Below are positions 30,470-44,551 of a stretch of DNA of 64,000 nt, piece by piece. The notes under the pieces are model-generated. The model was not told the DNA's origin and did not search any database. It saw only the letters and a list, made by a program, of their open reading frames with translations. Source of the DNA: Sphagnum compactum (taxonomy: Eukaryota). Made by a program: the position numbers and the translations under genes. The first letter of the stretch is position 1. Each line of letters begins with the position of its first letter. The DNA is taken from positions 30,556,213 through 30,620,212 of the forward strand of contig OZ234493.1 of the NCBI GenBank assembly GCA_965153455.1, read 5' to 3'.

Positions 30470-33400
30470 TCTGGGCTGCAGTACAGAATCAGTCATCAAT
30501 TTCTAATATGCAAACTTATCGTGATGGGACCAAACTGTTGTGCATGGGTGAAAGTGAGAGAATAACATGATTCAAACATTGTGCCAGCTATGAAGCAATT
30601 GAGACCTGGTGGGCCATTGTATCAGGATTGATAACCTAAGGAAGGGTATTGTGTAGGTTAGTATCAGGTGCAGATTGAGGTTTGTTGGTTCCTGTAGTTG
30701 GTGTATATCTATTATCTTGTACAGGTCATAGTGTTTTTACTTGTTGCACATTGATGCAAGAATTTATTTAGGTATGTAGATTCATTATACATAATTGGAG
30801 CTCTTTGTGGCTGGCATCCTGTCAATCCTATATGGTTGTGGGGTGTAAACTTGTTTGCCAGACCACCTCATAAGTTGGGACCAGGTATTTGCTGTCTTGC
30901 AATGAATATTGCAGTGAGTCCACCACTACTACATTTGCTACCACACATGATTAACCTCTTTTGAAGAGGTTTGCAGCAAACTTTTTGTAGTATTCCAAAC
31001 TTCTCCACACGGTCTTTCTAACGATCATTGTCCACATGGGCACTTCAAGACTGAGGAGTTTCTGTATAGACAAATGTCTTCACCCTGGGGCTTTCCTCTG
31101 CATAATGCAGTGGGCTTGATTCCTTATTTTTCAATGCATCTCATCGCCTCAGACTAGCAGCTCAGTGCATAAAGGGCATTGAAAACAGCACATTGCATTT
31201 GTTTTTTATGATGTCCCTGCACTGATAAGGGGGTGTTGTTCCAACTTTTAGCAAGCATATTTTGAGGAGTCTTTGTGGGATTTCTAGAGGCTCTGGATAC
31301 TGGTGGGCCCACGGCAGTCATCCTTTTCTGAGATCTGAAACAAGATTTTGAGACTTGAAATGTGAAATATTGAGACCTAATTTTGATTTCTTCCGTCTTA
31401 TTTGGGGTGAGACCCCAGGGGTTGGGGCACTGCTTCTAAAGACTCAAGCAAGGTATTGTAATGGAAACTAAGATTCACTATCCTTCTTTCTTTCTTTGCC
31501 AATGATTGCAGAGCTGCCGGACTACTACTTCACGGAATGCCACTGGATTGGGAGATTGTAGCAGTGATTTCTGATTTTTTTGTTTTATGCTCCCTATGAT
31601 TTGAATGAAAGGAGAGAGAGCTGGTTCATCTTTGTTACAAGAACAGGATGGGGAAGGAATTCACAGGTGTGCTTTTTGACCTTATTTGCTGCTCCCTGTC
31701 CCTTTGATCTGAAGGAAAGTAAAGAACTGGAAGCACTTGGATTTACAAAAACATTTGGATTTTTTGGCCTCTACATGTGTTGGTCTTTGTTCTATTTGTG
31801 AAAGAGAGAGACGGTTCACGGATTCTATATCATACCCTAATGTTGATTTGTAATTGTCAGGTTGAGTATTTGTTGGGTCACAATACTTCTATTCCACATC
31901 AACTTGTTCAGGGCCTGGCATTTAGGTTGATATTGTACCAGTTTTGACCAGATAATACAAGAGTGCATTGGGGAGGTAGGTTACACAATTTTCCTAGCCT
32001 CAATCCTTTCTAATTTTAGTAGTACTTCTCAATAAGCTATGTATTGATTTGGGTTGTTTTCTGATTTCTTCATTTTATCAATTTGCTCCTCTGTTCTTAA
32101 TATTCAACATCAGAACGTCTTGTGTTCAACTATCCCAAGTGGTGTGGTATGTGGAGAAATTTGTACTTTGACCAGTCTCTCAAAGACTTTGATAAGAGTA
32201 ATACCTTTTTTTCATGTTGTAATAAGAATTAGGCATATGCCTGTCTTTTGGTTTATAGAAGCTGCTGGGTCACCAAAAATTATGGCCTTGAGTTCGATGA
32301 AAGCTGCTTCTGCAATGAATGGGAATTTATTAATGTCAATGTTTGTGGCAGCCACATGAACATATGCCAGGGTTCGTGGTTGGTGCAGTTGACCTTCTTT
32401 CAACGTTGCTAGAGGTTAGTCTCTCATCTAAGGTGTCCAACTCATTGGTGTTATGATATTGCAATCTATGTTCAGATGGAATGTGCCTCATATGGTTGCT
32501 AAATGGTCCAAATTGTCTAGTGGGTATTTCCTTGGTGTTGGAGCAATGGAAGTAGGAATTAAAAGTTCTCCTTTTGCAGAAATCTCCATTGGAGATCATC
32601 CAAGCTACATATGATGTGTCATTTAGTCCATCAATTGAAATTGCACTTCAAACTTGACCAGGAAAAACTGGGGTTGTAAGTTGGATTCAAATTATGAAAG
32701 TAGCATAGAACTTTACTGTCCTCTATAGCCATTCATTTTGTTTTCCAGGTTGATCTGCCACTGTCAACAGTTCATTTGAGCTTCTACTTCATGCCATCGT
32801 TAGCTTCTTGCTGTAACAGTTTGCCCACTTTATTCAATGGCAATTGAGATGAATGTTTTTAACATCCAAGCTGGCCTGTAATGTCACTCCATTGGTCTTT
32901 GAACCCAGTCCATATATGGAAACCTTATTTCATCAATTTCAGTCTTTCTTTTGTTTTGCACCCCACATACAGGCACTCTCTCATGTTCACCTCTGACTTG
33001 ATTACCCACTCACAAAAGAATATAAGACCCCATATAAGACTCGTTTTTGGCCCAAATTTGTAGAACCATATTCTATCCCTACACATTGTTTTCTCATTTG
33101 TGCACATTACTATACAGTTTACTCAACTTATATTTCACCACCAGCACACCATTCAAGGAAACCCAAGAGCCTTCTACTTGTATAATTAGTCTTCGTAGAT
33201 ACCTACCTACCTTAGTACAAAGTGCAACTAGGCAAGAGAATTAACCAACTTTGACTGTGCAATATGTACAATGTTGTGGATTGGACTCTCAATACAGAGT
33301 TCAATGGTATCAGCAGTAACAAACCGTCGTACTGCTGCCACCAAAGTAGAGATCCTTTAGTTTGGGTTCAGAAAGAGGAAGAAGAAGGGTAATACTTTAT

Positions 33401-35029
33401 CTGGTTGAGAGGGCAATAACCAAACAAGAGAGCGAGAAATAGGTACAGCAAGAGGAGAGTGAACATGCATCCCAATTTCCATCCACTACTACACTCTCTC
33501 ACTTCAGTACAAAATTTTGTGACCATTCTTTGTAATCCTTGTTCTTTGTCATGATTCCGAGAAAAATGGAAAGATGCCCACTTCACAATGGAACAAACTC
33601 TAGAGGTACCTCCAATGTTTACTCCTTGTTTGTTTGAAGTAAACATTTCATTCCCCCTCACTCCCTTGCTCCATTTGCTACAATCAGGAAAGGAAAGTAT
33701 TTGTTGCGGTGTTTGTTTTACCCTTCTCATGATATTGTATGTTAAGTGACCCAGTGTACTCTATCTTCTTACAGCAAAAATGAAGAAACTCAAATTGACT
33801 TGGGAAACATAGAGTCTAAGATCATTTCCATTAAGCTTTATCAAACCATCTTCACTACAGTTCTTGCACAACCCTTGCACAAACACAGTAACCAACGTTG
33901 TACCTCAAAAAATGGAATCAATAAAGCAAATTTTCATAATTTTCCAACTAAGAAATCTGATTTTCAACTAAATAAAAAAGAATTTTCAGCAACATGATCA
34001 AGGAAACTTTTTACAAAATCTCCCAAAAATATAACCACGTTTCCCAAAAAAAAAAGGTATTAACTAGGTAACCAGCTAGAGAATGCTTGTTACCGACATA
34101 AACTTCTATTCAAATGTTTGGAAGTAGTCATGTAACCCTCCAGTGGATGGATTGAAAGATTGTAACTTTCTTCTACATGAATGGAAACAATTACAACCCT
34201 ATAGAAACTCATATTCACTTCAAGATTCAATATTTCCCTTCAATTTTTGGAGTTATTTGAAAAACCATTTTCTGAAATTATAAATTTTTTTGAAACTGTC
34301 GTATTTTTAGATGTAAAAGTGAGGGTTTTTTATCATTGCTCAAATGAAGCTCAAAAAATGTAAGATTTTTACTTTGAAAATGCAAGATTTGTGACATTTA
34401 CAAAAATAATTTAAAATTTTAGCATTTTTAGCATGGTACCAACTTGAGGGCTGGTGCTAGGTAGGTAGGTTAAAAATACCAACTAAGGTAAGTTGGTGAC
34501 AAACAAGGGAAATGGAACCCAATGAAAAAGTGTTTCTTGCCAACCCTCATCCATCCCGCATGGTGGAGTTGCAGATATTGCCCATGCTTGAAATTATTCA
34601 TTTTGCAAATGTGAAAGTTGACCCTAACATATAGTATAACATTTCTCCCTATGCAAATAAGCTTGAAAAAGCTTTAAAAAACATTGTATACCGCCCCATG
34701 CCTCCTCCTCCCACCAATGGCATGGCCCCTAGACCCCAATGGCTTGTTAGGGTTCCAACTGTTCGAAACAACAATAACAAACGCCTTATTGCATAATGGC
34801 TCGACCCTTTCAATGGCGTCCATAAGGATGATAAATGTTCAACATACTAAATTAGAAACACATGGTGGTTAGCATGGTGAAGCCCAAGTGGATCCTTCAA
34901 CGATGCATGAAATGTTTTTGTAATGGACTCCACATCACCCTAAAATGTAGGGATACCAAACTTTGGCCCATTTTTGGGTGCATCACAATGTCTTTTAACT
35001 TGAAGTGCTGAGCTAAAAAATTGGTACAA

Positions 35030-35325
35030 CTACAAACTTCATGCACAAACCAAGAATTGAGAAATAGTTAAGTTTCCAACTGTTCAGCTACAACAATAAC
35101 AACTTGTCACAACATTTTTGCACAAACCAAGAATAGAAAATATGTTAGGGTTTCCTGATTGTGTCAATGATTCTCATTCCTCTCATCAAACCAAAAACAA
35201 ATTGTGACAAACTTCTTTTTGCACAAAGCAAGAATAGAAAACTTATTAGGTTTTTGGCAACAATGACAATAGACAATAAATTGTAACAACATCTTGCACA
35301 AACGAAGCATAGAAAACTTGTTAGA
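35030..35325. repeat. Tandem repeat, 4 degenerate units of ~75-100 bp
   Basis: Motif gcacaaa.caagaat(a/t)ga(g)aaa...ttag recurs at ~35043, 35120, 35221 and 35296. Confidence 0.8.
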
Positions 35326-38300
35326 TTATTGTATGCTTGTACAATTGTTACTATTTTTTGTTGAGCTTCTTGGGATTTGATTATTGTTGTTGTTGGGTAT
35401 GGTTTTTTGTTTTGTTTTGTTGTTCATTTCTTAGAAGAAGGCCAAGATGATGTGAATTCACGACAAGATGTTTTCTTTTGTATTCCGCTAACAACTTTTA
35501 GCTACACCCTTTTGTTTTGTTTCCCCTCTTGAATAGTATTGATATTTATTATTAATTTTTCAGGAACTTAGGTTCCTAGTTATTGTATGAAGGGTTGGGA
35601 TTTTATTTTTATTTTTTGTTGCAGGCTTTTGAAATGGGTACCTATGTTGGACAACAATTGTCTTTAGCCATATGATTTTTCCATGACATGACACTAAGTT
35701 ATAAGGAAGTGAAACTCTAATCAAAACTTTATTTGATAAAATTGCCATAGGAACATAGTTTTTATAATACAAACCAAGTCCATTGTGCTTTTGATGTTCA
35801 AAATCATGTGAGGGTTATGTTGCACACATCATTAATTGAGGTAGTCCAATTTGATTCCATATACCTAATATGTGAGTGGTATTAACTACTGTGATGTAAT
35901 GCAAAGTATACATATAATATAACAAGTTTCAAAAGGATGGAACGTTGTGGGCAAGAAGAATTAGGGATCTTATTATAAGCTCTAATTTTGTGCTTTACTT
36001 GTTACAAAATTATCATTGGTTGTTAGCCATCTATATCCACTTCAAAAGAGCTTACACTTTTTGAGGTATTTTGAATAGACAAATTTAAGTTCAATGTTTT
36101 ATGTCTAGGAAAATAGATAAGGTGCCTTTAATTTTCGTCAAGAGTCCATTGCTAGTTTACTATAGGGAATTCAACTTCTAAAGGCCAAGGTGAACCAACA
36201 TTCACAATGGTATTTACAAAAAAGAAATGATCGTGGATGAACTTCAAAAAAGTCATCCACTATCCTTCCTTATAAGCTTCCTCATGATAACCTCTTAATT
36301 TGTCATCCTTACTTTTTAGCTAGCCTCTTAAATATGCATAGCTATGTTAGATTTTCCTCTTTATTATCCCATAGGAGGGTAACTATGCCTATCATCAAGC
36401 ACTCACTCATTCATGAACACATAATTAGTGAATAGAAGAACTCATGACTAATAAGCCAAACACCTTTCATTGGTCAAACCATGACCAATGATTGAATGTT
36501 TGGTAAAAAAAAATCTTCTTTGGCGTTTCAAAGTACTTCAACCATAATGTTGTAAATGTGTTCACTCATGGATGTGAGATGTAGGATTCATTCAAATAAG
36601 GTGTTCATGATTTTTTTTAAAAAAAAATTGGTGTTAAGGTTAGAGTTGTCACATTTCAACACACATAAATGCTCAAGAATCTAAGAATATCCCAATGCAT
36701 GGGGTTTTTAAAGTGTTTGGTGAAGGGTCATACATGACAAATTTGCAAATTTTGTAGTTCATGATGTGACATATTTTTGGTAATGGGATTTTGATTGTTT
36801 TATTATGATGCACACACAATGAGATAGATACCATAAAAACACCAACTAACCTTTTGAGATTTGGGACATCAACAATTGCATCCATATTTGGCTACAACTA
36901 AATTGTGATAGTAAAAAAAATTTAAGCATCGTACTATATTATTGGCTACTTGAATTATCCAATTTTTTTAATTGCTTAATAAATAAAATATGGTTTTAAA
37001 AAAAGAAAAAGTTGAAAGCCCTTCAAAAAATATTGTGAACAATTACACCTATCTTACAACATTTGCCACATACTCCCAAACTTTAACAAACAAACAAAAC
37101 TTCCAAATCTTCAAACAAACAAACCAATGCTCCTTATCCACCACAAATTCTCAAGATAGATGTTTCACTTGTTCCATGGTGCAACATCTAACTTTCATTT
37201 CCATTTTTTCAAGCTCTTTTCATGTTTCGCACCCCTCCATTCAAGGATGGTTCCTTCCTCACCACACCTCAAGACAAAATGGTTTTCTGAAGGCTAAAAA
37301 AACTTTTAAAAACATGTTAAAAACAAGCCTACTACTATAGTTATCACAATTTGCACAAACCAAAATGAAAGCAAAAGAACTTCACAATTCCATGCTTGTG
37401 TGTAACTATCGACGGCTTATATGATGCCATGGCTCCCTGGTAAGATTATGTTTGTAGTTCATGATTAGAGTTTGAACTTTGGAGCACTCAATATTTGAGG
37501 ATAAGGCCTTGAGGGCCTTCCAGAAATATTAAACATTCATGAGGCCATATCGCCTTGTTCTCATTTGAAATCTCAAATGAGATTTTAAGACTTGAATTGG
37601 TGGGGGTTGTAGGAAAGAAAAAAGATTTGCTTGAAGCTTGTTTATAAATAGTTATTTACACATTTTGATTATTATTTCACTAAAGATAATTTAAAACAAA
37701 ATCAAACTACCAAATTCAATAACCCCATTGGTTTGAAAATGTTGCCCTATCCTTATTTTAGATCTCAAATTTGATCTTAAAAATAAAAAACAAGTATTCT
37801 ATTAGAATTCTATTTGTAAATAACAATCACACATTTTGGCTATTACTTTTAATCAAGATAGTTTTTTTTAAAAACCACCAAATTCAATAATCTCATTGGT
37901 TTGAAAATATTTAAATCTTTAGGCCTACATGTAACCTTATTCTACTAAGCATTGAAAAAAATGGTCTATTTCTAGCAATTCCATTGGTCTTTCAAAAAAT
38001 TTCATGACCATATCAAACCTTATTAGACAAGGTTAATGAAGATGATTTATAGATTTGTGTGGTATGCTCGAGGTCTCATCACTAGCAAGTTTCCAAGGAT
38101 AAGTGTGTTTTAGGGTTTGAGAAGGGAGACTTGAGAACAACAATAGTAATGAGATGGTGGTAAGAGGAGTTGTTGCTACAATAGACATAGCACGTACAAT
38201 TAGAGTTGTTGATGTGCGAAAGATGGTGAAGCCACAATATGAGGCAACCACTAATCTATCAACATAAGCCTACATTGCCATGATGGATTTCTTGAACATG

Positions 38301-38485
38301 GTGTACATTCTTTCTTGTTAGAAGTAGAACATCAATGAACTTCTACAATGGCCAATGACTAATTAGGGATTTTGGAAAACCATGGCCAAGCATAAGGTTT
38401 GAGTATGTAGTTTGCATTTTTCTATTATTAAGGTCTACTGTAACTTTGGGTATTGATGATGATTATGATGTGTGTAGATGTTCAA

Positions 38486-38656
38486 GATGTTTACAAAGTA
38501 GAAAAAGGAGAAAGTGCTATTGGGAAAAAGGTTGGTGTTACCACATTGGATTTTGATATTAACATTCATCATCCTTACAAGCCATTGGTGGTAGCCATTA
38601 GGAAGTTTCAGGTGGCTACAAATACACTTGTGCAAGTTGCATAAAATTTTGTGAAT
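38486..38656 (+). pseudogene. Cyclin-T1 (CYCT1-like) exon fragment, pseudogenised
   Basis: Reads [56 protein letters not shown] with two frameshifts and TAA (38642-38644) at a conserved Trp. It matches the plant cyclin-T segment ...[47 protein letters not shown] (recalled family consensus). No other cyclin exons were recognised. Confidence 0.85.
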
Positions 38657-40356
38657 TTTGTGAATTTTGCTTCTCGCATGTGATGTTGGCCTTTATTGGC
38701 AATGCCAACTAAAAAGTAGGTCAGGAGGTGTGAATTCTCAAGATTTCTTGGCCCTTCTAATTGTTGACTGCCCATTGTGGGATCAACATTCTCAAATTGC
38801 TACAAGTTCAATGTAAAACAATTTTCCCTTGGTTATTTAAACTATGATCCATGTGGAGTGTTTCTTGGTACTACACAAGTTCAAATTGGAATTGCAATTG
38901 AATATTGTGTTATATTATGGACACATGCAAGGTGAACTTAAGTCCTCTTTGAATTTCATGATTTATTTTAGATTATTGTAGCCTCTCAAAAATCATTGTT
39001 GTTCGTCATTGAAGGAACATTACGCAAAAATCAGTTTTTGCAATGTTTGAAAATGTTTAAAATTTTTGCCATATTCTCAAAATGGGTTCCCCAGTACCAT
39101 TTGGGTGAAGGGTACTTGAGTGGTACCACTAAAAACCACCCACCATGTTGGCTTCATTTTAATTAATGAATGAAATTTTTTGAAAAAACAATTTCCAATT
39201 TTTTTATAATTGGCTCTTAGGAATTGTCACCTTTGATTTGTTGAGATCAAGATCATTGCAAGATGTTTTTTGTTTTTACTTTTCTCCATGGACCTTGTTT
39301 CTCAACTTCAAACTTGCTTTGGAATTGTTGCAGTTTTTGTAAATGACATTTTATTTCTCCCGTGCATCTAACTTGCAATAAATTTAATGTACATGGGATT
39401 GCACACATGAAGCATCTTCCATCCATGTCACCACTTCACCAAAAAAACAACCATTGTCAAATAGACCTTCTCCTCCCACCAACAGAGGGTCCATGGACCC
39501 TTTGTGTCTTCAAAGATTGACCATCCCATGAAACCCTCAATGACTTACATCATACCACAGCTTCCAGCTAAGACTAAGCATGTTTGTGAAATCTTGCAGA
39601 TATTTTGTTGTCTTCATTTTGGTGTTTTGGGAGCTCTCATTGTGCTGCCCTGTGTCATCCTGGATCAGGTTTGTTTTATTACTAAAAACCACATTGTAGC
39701 AAAAGACTGGTAGTTTTGGATACTTGAAGCCATAGCTGAGGAATAGTGCTTTTTCAACAGTCCATATCTAGACAAGGGTTATATTATTAGTATAGTCCAG
39801 TTATTATGCATGACTGGACAGCATCAATACCCACCCTGGCTTATACATACAAACAGAGGAAAGCAAGCTGTCAACCTTGCTCGTTTTGAGGATGCCTAGA
39901 AACTGAGAGCATGCAAGCAATTTGCATACCAAATTTTGGAAGCATTGTAATAAACAATTAATATACATTAAAGATACATGCTGCTTCCAGAAAGGGTGTG
40001 GCTGGCGCATGGGGGAGGTGAAGCTGGGAACCCTGCTTGGTGATTTTGTCCTGGCAGGTGGTCGAGAGAGTGAAACCAACCATTGTCCTACAGTCCACAT
40101 CACCATTACAAGGTTCCACCCATGCAGCTATGTGGCTCAAATATTAACCAAGAGTTCAGCACTATTGCCATTGTAAGTGCTCTATCTTCGACAAGTGGAT
40201 CTGCAAGATTCCACTGTAGGTACAACCTGACTTTTAGCAGTAACTAGACCCTCACCATCTTGAAGACCTCTCCTAGCACTCCTCTCTTTGGCATTCACCT
40301 AGAGCAAAAAAGCAGCAGCATTGCACTGGCACATCACCCAAATGACAGATGCCTGG

Positions 40357-43300
40357 TCACCTCTTCCATCGTTTTGGTTCAGGCTGCAACCACAACAGGA
40401 GATCAGGTCCAATTCAATCAGGTTCAATTCTAACTGTTGAAGCCAAGTGGTGAATTGACTCAACTACACAGTTCTACAACAGCAGACTGTACTTTCCAGG
40501 CTTTTCACTGAGTAAGAACACCTTATTGAGTTCCACTGGACAGTGTGCAGGGCAACTTTGGCACTGGATCAAAGTAGCAGAGTCAACATCATGACAAGTG
40601 ATGCAAGTGGCAACCAGCATAATTAGCACCCCCAAACATGTGTGCAAACCAAGATCTACTTTCCAAGATCATTACGACACAGCTTTGTCTGACTGTTTAA
40701 ACTTTTATTTTTTCCTTCAACTTGAGAATAGGAATCAAAACACATACTGCGCATGAAGGGGCAGAACAGGTACATAATACCACCAAAATTTTACACATCA
40801 TTACCTTTATGTCAGGTGTCTTATGTGAGGGTGCACCTGCCCTTTTGTGATTCTCAGGTGCACAACTACTACACATGTATTTATCCATATTTGTCACCTG
40901 CTCCGGGGTCAAATCCACACAATAGCTATGAAACCTGCAGAAATTCAACAAAATTCAGATGATCCATTGCATTCAAAAGTTTCCTTCACAGCCTTCATGC
41001 TGCAAGCCTTCGTCTCCCACATTGCAGCTCTCTTGCACATTCTCTTTCCATTCAAGCTGGAAAGAACTTTGAAACTAGTCAATTTCTTCCATCATACAAT
41101 TGTTTCACTGTCTTGAAACATGCTATAGCTCATAAATGTATGCATCTATATGACCATCTACATGACTTTTCATACAACCAATAGTTCACATGTCTTCTCC
41201 ACCAGAAGACTGCAACCACAATTTGCAGTCCAAATGTGATGATCATCATACCAAACTTCAACCTGTAACTATCTTTACAATTACAGATAGCAAAACTTTC
41301 TTTGCAATAACAGAAGCTGCCAGTGTACCATCTGAGTGAACAAATCATAATTCAAATATCTTAACACTGCACCAAAATTGAGCAATAAGTAAGACAGCTG
41401 GTGAATGATTGAAACATTCTCCTATAACATCTAATGATGATTTATGAGCCACAGGGTAAAAGAGACAGATTCTGGCTCTGCAGAATAACAATATATCTAA
41501 AAAGTAAAGTTAAACAGCACCATTACAATGCTGTATATGTAGCACAGACATGCACTCTACTGGCTCAGCATGTGAAGGAAATGATGAAATCCATGCTTGT
41601 GTCAAGTATATCTTGATAAATACTGAGGATTTCTACATGCTTACAATTTAAGTAGATTATGATATACTTGAAGATAAACCAATAATTATGATATAGAGAT
41701 TTCAGATCACACAACATATCATCAAACAGGAAAAAGAGCAAACCCCAACTCCAAAAGCACAGGGAAAAGAAAAAAAAACTGGGCAGTGGTTGCAACAACA
41801 GCAACAATCACATGCATGTTCAGACCTTCAACAGCAACATATCTGGTATTGGCTAGCTACCATAATAGCCCCTCTGACTTCATCAGTTCCCAGCAGTGGG
41901 TGGAGGTCAACATGTATTAACAAACATACTAAGTTTTAGTCACAAAACCTGCAGTAATAGGAAGACTTAGCCACAATGTTTGTTAGCCAAACAAAACCTC
42001 AATGGGAAGGAGAAGATGTAGGAAATCAAGAAGAAAGAGGAATAAAACACAGAAAGAAAAGGGAAAAACCAGAAAAGAAAAGAGGAACCAAAAACAGAAA
42101 TGAGACAGAACTGTAACAGCACGATCTTTTGAGACAAAGTGAGCTTTTAAAACCTTCACACTTCAAATAAGAAGCCCTTGAAATGGTCATTTGAAAGATT
42201 CCAAAGGCTGAGACACCAAACAAAATCCTTCTGTGATAGGTCACCCTTTGGTTATGTCTTAAAGTCAATTGAATGAGCAACACCACACCAAGTGAAGCCC
42301 TTTCAACTGTCCCTCCAATGACAAATGTAAAATCAAAAAATAAGAGATGACAACGATTGGGAAACCATCACCTATGGGAAAACTGCAAGCAAGACTGTTC
42401 ATCAAAACTTAGCTAGCCATACATCAAGGTCTCCACACATACACAAAATGCTCAAACCTTACCAAACTAGTGAAGGTCAAATAAAATAAAGATCACCAAG
42501 CCTCAGCACAACTGGCACATCACCTACACCTGCAATGACAAGCTCTCTCAGGGATCTCTCCATACTAAACATGTAAGTGTGACTTGAGGGGTTCCATGGT
42601 GGAAATACAACAGAGCAGAGGAATTGACAACCATGATTCCTGTCATTTATCATGATAGGACAGAGGAATAAAACAATGCAATGGATCTTCAATACTTTGG
42701 TACCCATTGGTATAAGTTCTCTCTTTGATACAGATGCTACCACAGAAGAATGACAGTGATTGCATGCACATTTTGCAATTGCCGAGGTTGATTAGAAAGA
42801 ATAACATCAGTACAAAACAATGACATTCAACATCAGGCAAGAACTAAGACTGCCAGATTCAGGCATGCTCAAGACTCAGATTTCCTAATAGCTGCAAATA
42901 TGATTATCCTATGCATGAAATGTAAACATTAGGCCAAGGTATGCATGAACATACCAGTCCTTGCAAGACTCGCATTGCACCATAAGGTCATCAGGGTTGT
43001 AGGGCATTTCACATTTACAGTATCTGCAACAGTGCCAAGCACTCAATCAAAACCATGAGAAGAGTATGTGCTAGCAACTAGGACCGTTAGCAGACATTGT
43101 TGTCCTGAGCCATCTGATCATGGTGATAGAGGGCCCAGATAGAACCAACCTATGATAACACGGCTAAAAGTTGTTATCATCTATATTAATTTGCTTAAGA
43201 AAGACAAAATCGAGAAGCTGCTGAAGCTGGTCACTTTGCTGACCCCATAGCTAATCAGATTCCTGTCTACATGCACCCTCATTGTATTAATGGTATTATT

Positions 43301-44551
43301 ATCTGTTCAGCTTTAACCTGACAGAATCTCTTGAGGAGTGTGTGTTTTCAGCAGCCTGCATGCAGGAGGTTTACATGACTAAACAATACCATTGAAGCCA
43401 AATCTATGGAAAGCTCCCAGTTTTGCAAAGGATAAGCTGAGACAAATTTTGCTGCCATGGGTGCATCACGATTTCCAAGTGTAGTGTTGAGTATACAAAG
43501 CGCCACACATTCAATGCTTGTGAGTAATGTGTCTGTAAAACCTGACTCAAAAGATCAATCTCCCAGTTTCAGCATGCAGCATGATGCATGATGAAGCCTG
43601 ACTTTGAGAGGCTTTTCACATGCAGCCAAGCTAACTAGACTGAGGTTCTTCTTCATTTATTATATACTGCTAATTTCAGTATGACAGAATGCAAGAACAA
43701 TTGCTGCTTGATTGAACTCTTTGCATTTATAACTTGCTGTGGTTTTTTGTATCCTGTTTGGTAACCTGATGCTTGTCTTCTTCAGCTACAATTCAAGCAC
43801 TGGTAACCTGCAATGTTGCTCTGGTGCTTTCTCACCCTCTTTGCCTTTCTCAGAAAACTAACTAGCAAATAAATTATTTGCATGCAGATCACCAAATAGA
43901 ATGCCCAGAATACAAACAAATGTCTGCTAAATCAATATTATTCTGAAGGTTGCCAGACATAACATCGCCCTTAGACAATCTGCAGCCAACGACAAGTGAC
44001 TCAGATAGAAATCTTACACAGCAACTCGATCAGGAGTGAAGCCACCAGTTGCTGCCTTATATTCGAACCGGCAAAAGTAGTCATCAGAGCCAACACTCTC
44101 AAGTTTAGTATAGTTCTTGAATGTGTGGACAGTGCATTTTCCTTCTATGGTGTCAGCACTCTGCATGTCATAATGGTCAGACAGAAATAGCTCTTTGACT
44201 CCATGAAACTGCCTCCTTCCTCCTAAGGATTCCTCGGGTCGATAATACCACCGAACTCGCACCTTCACATTGTTCCTGCTATCTGCTTCAATTTTCTCTA
44301 TTTTGGCTACATATGGAGGCTTATCAGCTTCTTGGCCACGCATCAAAACCGTATCTCCTACTGCAAAACCCCCACCGATCCTTGCCATCATCACTTCCTG
44401 CGTAATTCAAGGTGTCCATGATGCTTCCGACCATAATTTCTTACAAAAGAGATGATACGCTTGATAAAACATACATACCTTTCACCGCTTTATGCGTCCC
44501 CTTAACAGTATACGAGTCCAGCACTTTCTTTGCCGCCTTGGCTTTCGCCAT
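40357..44551 (-). CDS. EBS: BAH-PHD chromatin reader of the EBS/SHL family, 5 coding exons
   Basis: Exons 44479-44551, 44018-44360, 42955-43023, 40805-40934, 40357-40383 give [33 protein letters not shown]...PPYVAKIE...[32 protein letters not shown]...[37 protein letters not shown]...YMCSSC...[11 protein letters not shown] versus SHL orthology is not resolvable by eye. Confidence 0.95.
41812..41900 (-). repeat. Intronic dispersed element, copy 2 (EBS intron 3), partial
   Basis: The reverse complement reads GGAACTGATGAAGTCAGAGGGGCTATTATGGTAGCTAGCCAATACCAGATATGTTG...GGTCTGA. Confidence 0.7.

Noticed and set aside
31850..33750. Coding-like decayed sequence downstream of RabB
   Set aside because: It is possibly a retroelement remnant, but no diagnostic motif could be read.
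35030..35325. CRISPR-like repeat-spacer appearance
   Set aside because: The context is eukaryotic, the units are degenerate with mutually similar 'spacers', and there are no cas genes.
39642..39661. 19/20-nt match to PLP3 exon 7 (GTGCTGCCCTGTGTC.TCCT)
   Set aside because: It is too short and does not extend, so it is compatible with chance in 64 kb on two strands.
40357..40383. EBS C-terminus KRWKR instead of the usual KRRKR basic tail
   Set aside because: It is a single likely CGG-to-TGG change in a variable tail, too little to claim functional significance.
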